Shown: piece after piece, positions 38,681 through 50,633 of the stretch
Layout of the letters: every line of letters begins with the position of its first letter
Numbering within the stretch: position 1 is the first letter of the stretch
Assembly (NCBI GenBank): GCA_047967505.1
Contig: CM106538.1
DNA length: 64,000 bases
DNA from: Dipteris shenzhenensis
Lineage: Eukaryota
Reading direction: 5' to 3' (one strand)
The notes under the pieces: generated by a model
The model's database searches: none
What the model was told of the DNA's origin: nothing
Seen by the model: only the letters and a program-made list of their open reading frames with translations
Program-made: the position numbers and the translations under genes

Positions 38681-40292
38681 GACCACCCGCCCCTTCGGCT
38701 CCGACCTCATCGACCCATGACAATGAAGCAATGTGGCAACGCCAACCAAAAGCCCCAACCACCACTAGGACCCCACTTAAGGGGCCAGCTCAAAGTGAGA
38801 AGCAAGCCTGCCATAGTGGTAAACCAATGCCATTGCCCGCTCGACCGACACCACCATCCTCTGCCCAAGAATGCAAGTACAAGATGCTATCCTCTATGCC
38901 CAACGTCACTTTGATCGTGACTGATACCTAGAGAACAGTAAAGCAGCAACAGCATCTCCAGTCGCTGCCCCAAAAAAGCTTCCTTCAAACCCATCTACTC
39001 CTCGGAGAAAGCCGCGCCTAGCGCTCCCGCCTCATCCATTGCCACACACCCCCAACACTTCGAGCAACACCCCCCGCCTAGGTGGCCAAGGCAAGAAAGT
39101 CACCTGGGTCCAGAAATCAGTAGTGCAAACCTTGAAGGCATCGAAGCACCACAAGAACCTGTCTTCCCGAGATACAGCATCACAATAACCTGCCAATGAA
39201 CCAAACATAGTAGGCTAGCCTCAAGGTACCGAATACGCATTGGTGCCACAGGCAATAGTCTGACTTAACATAAGTATTGCCACAACCATAGGAGCTCTAC
39301 AAGAACCGAATTCCACCCCATGAAGAGTCACACAAGAACCTCCCCTTGGGGACAAACACTCAAAGGTAATGGCACCATCCTACTCATGAATGCAAGGGTC
39401 ATCAGTCTCGAGGATCGCTTTCCCCAAGAGGATGAACCCATCAACAACAATGAAGTTTGGCACAAAAGTGCCCCTGGCATCCAAGGTAAGGAACAAGCTC
39501 GACTCAGTGTGTACATGGCTCCTTACTCACTATGCCATAGTATAGCATCCGCCTCCACCGCATGCATCATAATCATTGCATCCAAGTCTAGGTGAGTCAG
39601 TATGGTAGGCATCTCACCCGATGCACCCGCAGCCCACTAGTCCCTATCGAACACACCATACATGCACACACGGTTAGCACCAGGTGATTAGAGTCCATTC
39701 TTGCATTTTTACAAGAGTTCATTCTCTTGCATGCTGACCTCACCCTCATGTGGCATTGCACAAGCGCACTCTACTCCGTCACCCTTTTTCCCCCACCCCA
39801 CTCCTTCCTTCCTTTTCTCCCTCTTACACAGTCACTACCCTGCCGACCGTAGCCAAACTAGTACGCTTCCGACCATTCACCAAACAAGTTTAGCGTTGGC
39901 CACTGCCATCAAAGTACAATGTCGACCGTCATCGAAAAGTACGATGTCGATTGATCCCGATATCCTATTAGTCGATGCCGAAGCCAAACACCACCACTCG
40001 TTTCCATCCCAAATCGCACTGCCCCATCGCCATTCAAGTACCACATCGATTGCAACCTTGGCCACATCTCGTCTACTGTCATCATCAAAGTTCAGTGCCA
40101 ACCGTTGCCATACAGTTTCAGCATCGATCATCACCATACCACTATCCTATCGGTCAGGTAATAGGAAATCTATAAAAGTAGGCCTACCCTGTCGAGTCGT
40201 CGCTATAGTTGTTGCCCTAAAACTCTGTCAAAATTTACCCAAAAATCTGACAGTTTCCTGTCCCCTTCCACTACAATCCAAACAGCAAGTTT

Positions 40293-42450
40293 ATGTCCTC
40301 CCGCTCTTCCTCATCTACTAATTCCATCGTCACTCAACCTCCACTCCTGTTTGTGATGGATTCCGAACACAACTTCTTCGACTTCGAAGCTGACCTAAGC
40401 CTCCACCCTTGCCCTAACTTAGAGGCCATTGGCCCATCAGATTCCCAAAGCACCCCCTTTGGCACAATTTGCATGCCGATCGAGATACCCGTGGAAGACC
40501 TATAGGACGAAGAAACTTCCACCAGGCATGCCACTCAAGAAGAGCCAGCTACAACAGGAATGTCTCCCTTGAAGACATGAAAGTGCACCTTGGTGCCAAC
40601 CGCAGGTGAGTACAAGATCGTGCAATCACAAGCACACTTGCCACTTGGAGAAGCATGGCTCCAAGAGCTAGACGCTTGCGTGATACACTTGTGCTTGGCC
40701 TATGAGGGCCACGACTACACCCTCCACTACCACACAACAATAACATATGCTGCTCTCTAGGAATCGGTAGTTGTGGAGGCACTCCATTTTGCAGGCTTGG
40801 GCAGGATAACCACCCGTCTCCCATGCCATACCTGGACATGACTCTACTGGTGGAATTCCATAAGACATACGATAGCAACACCAATATTGGTGTCTTGCAT
40901 GATGCAACAGGAAATCCCCACCACTACCAGATCAATCAGAATGTGGTGTGGGTAGCGTTCAACTTGCTAGTGGTCAAGGAGAAATACTCCAAGTAGAAAA
41001 AGCAGCTCGGCACCCTCAAGACGTAGTCTGTCACTACGATCGCCACAAGTGCAGGGGCTGCATCCAATTCACTGCCATCCATAAGCCCAAAGTAGAGCGA
41101 CTAGCAAGAGCCTTGCAATGGCTCATTCAAGTGAAGCACACAGACCATCATCAGTCTGTTGTGCCCAATATCTTGCTGAGAATGGAGAGCTTCCAAGAGA
41201 TGAATTGGGCTGACTACTATTGCAGCCAAATGCGAGATGATTTTAGCACCCATGGGGACGTCATCGGTAATCCCATGTTGTACATGCCGATCCTCTATTA
41301 CTTGAAAAGTCAACATTTGCCAGTTGGCTTCGGCCTTGCCAAAAAATTAGCCACCGGTCCTGTATAGACCAAGTAAGAAGAGATAGAAACAAGGCCCAAG
41401 AGAGCAAGGACAACACCAAGTGTCACTCCAGTCACTCAAGTGTAACCGAAAACAAGTCAGCTGTGCTTGGCTGATATGAGGACCGCCATTTGCACAAATT
41501 CATGCAACGACAACTACACCTACAACGGCTAGGTCTTCAAGATAAGGGCAAATAGGTGCAAGGAGGGCCTATTCTCATTGAAGACCTCTAGGGTGATGAC
41601 ACCATCGAAATTGGCCTCCATACAAGAGCTAAAATTATGCTGACAACCCCCGCTATGTCCTTTATCTCAGTCTCCACTAGTCCTCAAGAGACAACATCCT
41701 TTGCTACTGACACCTCTTCCACGCCATGGGCAGGCCTAGCGGAGGCCATACAATTTTGCAGCGTGCCCCAATATAGGGCAACGGGAGGCTATAGCCACAT
41801 GACGGTAGAGCAGTTGTCACATGCAGATGTGATGGAGATGAATCTCTTTGAAGCCATGGCACAACTACCCCAAGTCACTTGCATGATCTTACAGAGGAGG
41901 CAAGAGTAAGCCTCAAAACTCTCCTCCAATCTCATCCCCAAGCCTAGCTCTCTGCGCATGAAAGCCAGTCGACAATGGTCACAGCTCAGGCAACAGGCCA
42001 TGCCGCACTACATCGAGCCAAAGAATACCGGGCCGAGGTGGAAGAGCTCGAGCTAGAGCTTGAGCTCATGCTCTTACGAAGGTCAAGGATGACCTTGCCA
42101 CCAATGGTCCAAATGCTCATAGACCAAGTGGACAAGGTAGAGTCAACCCTACACAGAATGCTAGAGAAGCAGGCATAGGTAGAGCAATGGTACGCCCGCT
42201 TGCAAGAGTCCCACAACCAATAGATTTGCTCCTTACAAGATATCATGGCACAAGAGAGAAACCTAACAGTCTCCCTCCAAGAAGCAATAGAAATCCAGTG
42301 TGCCATTGGCCAATCTGAGGAGTTGGGTTGGGAAGACCATGAGTAGCAGCACTTCAGGATGTACAGGGAGGTGTTTGCACAATTAGCCACATGCACACTT
42401 GCACCATGCACCATTGCCCAAACCTTGCAAATGCACTTTGATGCACTCTA
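40293..42450 (+). pseudogene. degenerate additional (Athila env-like) ORF with coiled-coil C-terminus
   Basis: Fragmented sense-strand frames including LLVEFHKTYDSNTNIG...YQINQNVVWVAFNL, MNWADYYCSQMRDD and a heptad-like EYRAEVEELELELE...QVDKVESTLHRMLEKQ. Lies between pol and the 3' LTR. Confidence 0.5.
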
Positions 42451-45329
42451 CGCATAAAACCTCGTCTTCCACATAGACCTCACTACTCCACTTGCTCCTA
42501 ACGCCCTCTAAACTATTCTCTGCTGTAATCCCAACCACTGTCGCCCCATCTTAGCCATGTCATATTTCTCTCTTAAACTTCAGTCCACTTTCCTATCTCT
42601 TCTCTGCCCCTCTGATCTCCAAACACTATCCGCCCATTCTTAATTTTCAAGCCTGGTGCCTCACTAATCCCTTAATTATCATGCGGATGATAAAGTGATG
42701 CAACTCGCGAAGCCTGAGGAACTCACGCCATGGGTCTGCACTCCCAAAAGTTTGCATGAAGACATAAATTGGATGCAGACCTACGATCGAACCTCAGTAG
42801 CAGTCCAATCTCAAGGACACCTTGCGGCCTACCAGTCCACCACCTACCAACCCCTTGGAATAATAATCCTCTTTAATAGGGTGCTACAACTCTCCAAGAC
42901 TCACTCGAGTCCTTGGTGAGCAATTTTGAAACAATTCATGTAGCATACCCTAAGAAGTAACCGAGGAAGAGGGAAAAAATGCAGTCACCCTCTTTAGTAC
43001 CACTGCCCATCCTGCAAATATTTAGTTACCGCCTCCCCTAGATCCTGCCCAACCAACCAAAAACCTCCCCTCCCTCGGACAACACTGCTCGAGTACTCAT
43101 CTAATGCCTCTAACACCACCACCACCTAGCACGGACCCTCCTTGTCCATCTCCTTCATTGCAACACGCTACTCAAAGCAGCACATTTTGTACAAAGCACT
43201 GACGCCGCAACTTCTACAGGCCCCACAGCCAGAGCCCATGCTACTTGCAGCATGACGAAGCTCTGCCATCCCCACCAGTTTCTCCCCTTGAAGATGTTGC
43301 TTGGACTTACAGTCCTTCTAAGAGCTACCAGATAGCACACTAATGCACCATTCGAAGTGCCAGCTCAAGGGCTCCCACCTCCACCTCTATGAAATTCTTG
43401 AGGTGCACCCCCTCACATAGTTCATAGTGCAATCATTCGATGACTGGTGCCACATGCATCCCAAATGCATGAGAGAAGGATACAACCTTGCCTCGATGCC
43501 CCACTCTCAGTGATGATTGATGCAGATGTTGGCCTACTGCCAAAGTGGTGGCTCCCATTCTTAAAGCTGGAGAAATTTTGGCGCTACTACTGCAGTGTGC
43601 CCATCAATCATCGAGTCCACCCACTCTACATGCCCATGGAACGATGTTGGACTTGGGCTGCCTTTTGAGTTCTCCAGCAGTAGGACTAAGTACAACTTTC
43701 CCAAAGAAATGATGTAGGAGGGTTTTTGCTTCCACCTGCAGCCATTCAACGACACATACGCTTAGTGCCAAATCTTGCTGTCACCACTGTCGTCCATTTC
43801 AACTCCCTCATCCTCTTACTCCTCTGTGATCTTCCCACCCACAACCACCCCATCGACGATGACCACATCCACAATGTGAACAACCAAAGTGTCTTCAACG
43901 TCGACATCAGTCTCACTCAGTTCCAAGACCTCCACCTCTACCTCCGCGTCCATAATCTCCACGTGCATCACCTCCGCACTTACGAGGATATGCCAGCCAC
44001 ACATTTTTGGAAGTACCGCTCGTACCTCACTCGCCTCACATCAAGGCAGCTGGACCGCTATGCCATCCTGTAGTCAGTCCTCACCACCAATGTCCTCCAG
44101 CGCAGTTGGATCAACAATAGGAAAGGGGGCATGTTAACATCCACAGAGTACAGTCACCACAATTGTAGGGCAATCAGTGAGTAAAGGTGACCAGGCCGAA
44201 TGATCTACTTAACGAACAAGCTCAAGGGATTTTGATACCCAAATACACCAAGATCAGTGATTACAAGCAATGTGCACATGGAAGGAGTATAGCTCAAACT
44301 CAGGGAGTTCGATCCCCACATACCCAAAATCTACTCCAAAGTCCAAGGATTCAAGGCACATGTTGTATGTTCCAACTATCGCCGCCCGAAACAAGGAGAT
44401 GCACACTTCTGGGCCATGTCCAAGAAGAATGAGGAGTGCAACTGCCTTGCAACTTTCAGCTCCACATCCACGAAAATAGCCATGCCAACAAAAATAGCCA
44501 TGACAAGAGTACAGATTAAAGTCAGGAAGTTTGTTCCCCAAATATCATCCCGAGATAGGGTTACCATTGAGTGTCTCATGGAAGCTGAGCCTCGCCACTC
44601 CAAGTTTGAGTCTCATGCATCATGCATGACCACAAACGGGTGAAGGTGTCAGGGCCCTCAAGGAGTTTGAGCCCCAAATCAACCGAGCCTAAGAGGCATG
44701 AGGCTAACACAAGCACTATTTGGGAACCTGGTTAGGACCACCTCCTAATACCAGGTTTGTCCCAAGCACTTTAATATGGTTAACACAAGGACTATTTCCA
44801 CTAGTAGGGAGAAATGGTAAGAATAGCAATATGCCTTGGCACCCTACAGGCCCAAGAGCCCTTGGTTGTAAAGTGAGGGAGAGTGCTAAAAAGGAAAAGG
44901 GTTGGCCCTCCCTTCAAAAAGTGACATGTATAAAAGAGCAAATGGTTCATTTTGGTCTTCATTGTTGTTTGCACCAAGTTGAATACAAGCTCCCTCTTCT
45001 CTTCCAAGAGAGTATTTTGGGTGTTCTCTTGTTTCTTCATAGTGCCTTTGTGGTTGTCACTCTATCCCCCTTCACTCCCTTCTCCTTCTTTCCTTCCTCC
45101 TCCCTCCTTCTCCCCTCCTTCTCCCCTCCTTCTCCCTCTCCCCTCCCCTCTTCCTCTTCCCCCTTTCTTGCGTGAAACCACATTGCAACAATGTGGAGGC
45201 CGCTTGCGTGACACTTGCGAATGATTCATGCTATGCATTGCTCCCACAAGGAGTAGCTAGGAGTGGAGACTCCGTTGGCATATCTTCAACTACCCCATGA
45301 CACGTGAGTCACCATTGAGACCCACCATA

Positions 45330-46480
45330 TAGGCATAAAGCCATAATCCCTATGGACATCTTGTAGCAAGTAGAAGGATTACAACTTTACCCTAATGGCC
45401 CACAACTCCTTGCTCACTGATAAGCTAGAAGTCAAGCATAAAGGCTAAGCCATAATTCCCATGAAATTTACAATATGTAAGACAATGTTATTTTAAATTA
45501 CTTGAATGATTTCCACCTAGCTCTAATGCCCTAAAACCCCTAGCTCATTGCTAAGCTAGAAGTTAGGAATAAAAAACAAGCCATAACCTCATGGAAATAT
45601 TGCACCATGTACATCGTGTTTTTGTCAATATTTCACCCAAAATATTTATTTTAATAAAGCCCAACCCATAATCCCATGGAGATATTGTAGCAAGTAGAAG
45701 GATTGCAACTTTACCCTAATGCCCCATAACTCCCAGCTCATTGATAAGCTAGAAGTCAAGCATGAAGGTGAGAGATTGTAGCAAGTAGAAGGATTGCAAC
45801 TTTACCCTATGCCCTACAACACCTAGCTCCAACCCCTAGCTCATTGATAAGCTAGAAGTCAGGCATAAAGGCCAAGCCATAACCCCCATTGAAAGATTGC
45901 ATTATGTAAGGCAAATGTATTTTAAATACTTGAAGTGAATGAAGCTTTGGCCTTGATGCCCCACAACTCAAAGCTCATTATTGAACCAAAAGCTAGGCAT
46001 AAAGGCTGAGCTATAATTTGCTTTGTAAGTGTTGCCATAAGTATTTTCTCTCATTCTAACTCGTTGGGTTTTAGCATTTCATCTTAAAGGATCAAGTGTA
46101 CGACATCATTGGAGTTATTAAACACTACATTGAAAATCCTCTTCTACTTCAGAATGTATGTTTAAGAAAAATAGATTTACAATTGAAAAAAGATACAAGC
46201 TATTTCAAGCAATCAATAAATCTCAATCTTTCAATCGTAAACCTAGATTTCATTATCTATACCCTTAGAAAATATATTTCTTATTGTTCTAGTGATAACT
46301 ACCATGTAATGATTACATCGTGTAAGATTGGAATACTTAAAGGGATTACAACTTGTCCCTGATGACCCACAACTATTAGCTCATTAGTAAGCGAGAAACT
46401 AAGCATGAAGGCTAAGAAACCATTATCCACAAGAAAGTCAAAGTATGTACAAGAAGCTTGCATGAAGTGATTGCAATTTG
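45330..46480. repeat. diverged tandem array (right part, continuation of 32750-33815)
   Basis: About 6 more copies of the same unit; the unit split at TAGGC rejoins across the gypsy insertion. Confidence 0.85.
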
Positions 46481-46491
46481 ACTCTAACTAT

Positions 46492-46493
<2 letters not shown>

Positions 46494-46559
<66 letters not shown>
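46494..46559. repeat. (GA)n microsatellite
   Basis: Directly visible. Confidence 0.97.
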
Positions 46560-46561
<2 letters not shown>

Positions 46562-48988
46562 ATTTCTAAATAAATCCCTCCCATAAAACTTGCACTGATT
46601 TGAGTTTTAAAAAACTTATTATAGCGATTACTTATTATAGTTCTCTTTTACATTATGAGATATTGCATCATATAGATCATGTTTTTGTCATCCTTTCACC
46701 CAAGATATATTTCATTCCCATAAGACAACTGAAACCAAGGCATTTTCTCTTCCAAATATTCTAAGAGATTCATAAATTGTGTGTAGAACAATCAAATGAA
46801 GGGACATCTGTGCATGTTTGTGTGTGTTTTGCCTATTAATCCTCCCTGTCTCTTCTCTCTTGCTTATTTTCCTTTTCTCTCCTGTTTTCTAATCCTCCAC
46901 TTCAATCCCACTTTTTCATATCATTTCATGCATCCAACTTCCCTTCCCTATTTCCATTCATTGCTTCTATCTTGGAGTTTAGAGCAGTAATGGCAAGTAT
47001 TTGGGAAGTTCTAATCCTCCTTTTCCTTATACATCTTGTGGGGGTTAAAGGTCATTGTGCCTTTACCCCGATTATGTACAATACTGTGATGCCAAAAATT
47101 GATATTTTTAACTTGGCATTGATATTGTTTTTCTCTATGTTTGATAAGAGTTTGAGTATCAAGTGATAGCCTAGCGGCTCTCACTTATTTCTATTTTCTA
47201 TGATATTGTATGGGATGGAGAGGATGAGTGGAATGGCTCATTGTAAATACCATAGGTATGAATTATAAATACCTTGGTATGGGGTGAGAGTTATTTGTGT
47301 ATGGGATATTATGGAGTTTTTAGAAAATAGGAAGAGTGAGTCATATAAAGTGGTGGGCTCATGTCCATGTGTTCCAATAATATAAGAGAGGCCACATGCC
47401 AAGCATGTGGAAGGCATGTGGAGGAGTGTGAAGTCAAGAGGAATCCTTCTAGAACTCCTATGTGGAATAAGGAGGATGTGGACATGTGGAAAAGAGAGGG
47501 TCCCTATGGGCTCCATGTGGGGAGACTCTTGACTTTCTCAATATTTTAAGAGTCTTGAGCACCTTTTGATGGGACACATGGCAAGAGTAGCCAAAAAGGA
47601 CATGGACGGTGACATACGTGCTTATGTGATTGATGGGGAAAGGAATCTACAGGTAGCAATTGTAAATGGGTGAAGGAGGGTAACAAAATCTCTATAAAAG
47701 GAGCCCTCCTCTCCCTTGTTCATCAGAATCTCTTCCACCATTGGGCCTTATATTGCTGTAGTTCTAGTCTCCGCAAGCCTCTTCCATGAGCCTTCTCTTC
47801 CTCTTGTAGATATTCTCTTATGTAGACTCTTGAGTCCTTCTCTCTCTAGTTTATTCTCTCTCTATGAGTAGCCTTGGAGCTTCTGCTCCCTCTTGTATGT
47901 ATGAAACCTCTTCTTCTCCCTTGTGTTTGTAGTGTTGAGGTGGATTCTCACTCTATTTGTAATGAAGGTCACTTCAGGTTCTCTCTCTCTCTTGAGTGTC
48001 TCTTCCCTTTTCTTTCTTTCAAAGCCTTAAAAGTTCTTTCTATTCGGCTGCTCACTGTGCACACATGGTCCATTTGTTTCCCGAGCCACTATGCAAACTT
48101 CTTCCCCTCTTCTAGGCGAAATCTATGAGGGGTGGATCGTTGATGAAGGTAGAGTCTTGAGGGAGCATCCTACTCAAGCGAAATTAGCTTGTTAGTTTTC
48201 ATGATAGTTTGACCCCCTATTAGTGTTTTGCTCATAACTTTCTGCTATTGTAATGAAATTTATATCAGCGCGAAGCTCTCTTCAAGGCGCATGTTCCTAT
48301 ATAATCAGATCTTAAATCAGATACTGTTGCAAAAAGTTATGAGTCTCTGTGTTTGATAGTCTGTTTTCATGACAGTTTTTACCCCCTTCCAGTAACCCTA
48401 GAAGAGGCATGTGTTTTGATGAGATAAAGAAGATGCTTGGAAGAACTCCATTAGAAGAGATTGCAACCCGTTTAATAAGACTTGAAGATTGTGAAGGTGA
48501 TGCTCAAGCTATTCGCATAGTCACCATGATCATATCCTTTATGTTTGCACTCTTGAATATGTTGGTGAATTGACAATGCCGTCAGCAGGCACAATGATAG
48601 ATTGGGGATTGTTCCATGCACTGGCAGCTTGGTGTAAAGAAGAGTTGAGTCTTTGGGTAGTTTTCGACTATAACAGTGGAGTGGTGATTCTTAATGTTTT
48701 CAACTTCTTTTGCTATGCAAATGATGAAGATTACAATATCTTGAAGCTTTTATGTGCACTTCCTATTGTGAGAAGGGTGATTCTAGAATGCATGTATACA
48801 CAATGTTTTCATGGTGCTGGTTGGTCACTTATTTTTGAAGATTTTGTTGAGGATCACATTGTGGAGGGTTTTCAACAAGTGGTTATGCATAATAAGTTGG
48901 TCTTGGTATACTAAGGCTCTGTGGGATCTTGTTCGGATCTTGTTTGGGATATTATTTCGATCTTGGTGTTTTCTTTTTGTGTTTCATC

Positions 48989-50378
48989 ATGGTGAAGATT
49001 CCAGTGTTTCGAGGGACCCAAGGGGAAGACCCGGAGTCTTATCTTCGAGATTTTGTTCAAGGATGCCGGCTTTCTGGATGGTCCATGAAGGATCGGGCGG
49101 AGATTTTGCCTGATTTTCTTGAAGGTATAGCCTTGAGTTGGCATGAGACCTTGCCGGACTCTACCAAGGAGGACTGGGACCAAGTGGTGGCAGCAATGAA
49201 GCAGAGATTTGGGGCAGTGGAGTTGCCAAATGCTTTGATGTTGCAGTTGGACCGGTTCTATCAAGGAGAGGGTGATTTGGTCTCTGTGTTGGCAATCCGA
49301 TATAAAACTTTATGGACAAAGTATGAAAGGGCAGCTTTGCGAGCTATGGCATCTGCATCATCGGCCCCTCAAAGTCTCTCAGGGATGGAGCACTTAAAGA
49401 TGAGCAAATTTGTTATGGCTTTGGAGCCTCGTCTTCGCTCAAAGGTAATGAGTAAAGATCCAACAACATACGTGGAGGCACTTCGCATTGCGACCAAGAA
49501 AGAAGCTTCTCTAAAGATCGAATCCTCTTTTGTGTCTTCAACAGCTTCAACTTCTAAGGTGGAGGTAATGGGCACTCCTCAAGTACCAAAATCCTCTGAG
49601 TTAAATCATAATATCTCCCAATTGATGGCAGAGTTTGCTGATTTGAAATTGCATTTGGTTAATGCACGACAACCTAGAGCACCAAAGAGTGAAGATAGGC
49701 CTCAAGATAGGAGTGGGGTCACTTGCTATGAATGTAATGAAAAAGGTCACTATCGCCCCGAGTGTCCTAGATTGAGAAAGAAAGAAGAAAAACAAGTATC
49801 CTTGTTAGAAGCTTCTTCAGGGGATGAGGAAAGAGAGGTAATGATGGCTAAACGGGGGCGTGGTAAACCAAAAGAAGAAGAAGAAAGCAAGGAAGAAGTA
49901 GATGAGGAACATCAGGAAGAGGAACACCGTAGTAAGAAAAAGAAGGCATCTAGAAGGAGAATTAGCCGATCAGACTTTCCTTTAGGACAAGGAATTGGAA
50001 GCTATGACTTGTTGTCCGACCTTAAAGAAAAGGAAGCTCATATCACCTTTGGTCAATTACTTGCTTTGTCTCCAAAACTACGGAAGGAATGGGGAAAACT
50101 AGCAAGCACAAGGGTGTCAAAGAAGAAAAAGAAGAAAAGTGCCAATCCTGTTGTTCAAAAGGTAGATATAGATGTTGGTGATGATGTACCTATGGTTGAT
50201 GTGATCATTGATGGTCAAGTGATTTCTAATGTGTACATTGATGGAGGTGCATGGATTAATGTCATGAGTGAGAAGACCATGATTGATGCTGATTTAAAAT
50301 ACTCTAGTACTACCTCTCCTTATCGCATCAAATTGGCTGACAACACTAGGGTTAAGACCTTGGGAGTTGTGAAGAATC
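48989..50378 (+). pseudogene. Tat-like gag plus N-terminal half of protease (interrupted by copia)
   Basis: MVKIPVFRGTQGEDPESYLRDF..., CYECNEKGHYRPEC, VYIDGGAWINVMS. The frame resumes in register (KNLEVDVCG) after removing the insertion and one TSD. Confidence 0.9.
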
Positions 50379-50633
50379 TATAAAGAATAAGGGAGAGAGA
50401 TAGGAGACTCAAGTTCAGCTTTCTTCACAACACACAAAAGAGAGAGGACACAAGGTTGGAGGGTGAAGCCTTTCTTCACTTTTGCACACAACAACAATAC
50501 AATAGAAGAGGGAAATACCCTATATGTCAAACCCTAGAATACGTGGTTCATATGTGAACCCAAACCAAAAACATACGTGGTAGTCTAACTACACCACGAG
50601 TACAACTAACATAGGCGGTGACATAAATGATAG

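Larger units (their letters stand above)
33816..45329 (+). mobile_element. Athila-like Ty3/gypsy LTR retrotransposon, degenerate, gag absent, with extra 3' ORFs
   Basis: LTRs 33816-34959 and 44132-45329 (clearly diverged, with indels), TSD TAGGC, PBS TGGCACTCTTGTTGGGGA at 34964-34981 (13/18 to the tRNA-Asp-type TGGCGCCGTTGCCGGGGA), PPT ~44119-44129, RT-RH-INT without an additional RNase H. Confidence 0.9.

Noticed and set aside
39701-40321. 206-aa Ser/Thr-rich ORF
   Set aside because: Low complexity, non-ATG start and no motif; probably a spacer or leader of the env-like ORF.
32750-46480. Tandem array as a CRISPR-like repeat-spacer locus
   Set aside because: Units are diverged along their whole length, the intervening parts are homologous rather than unique, there are no cas genes and the context is plant DNA.
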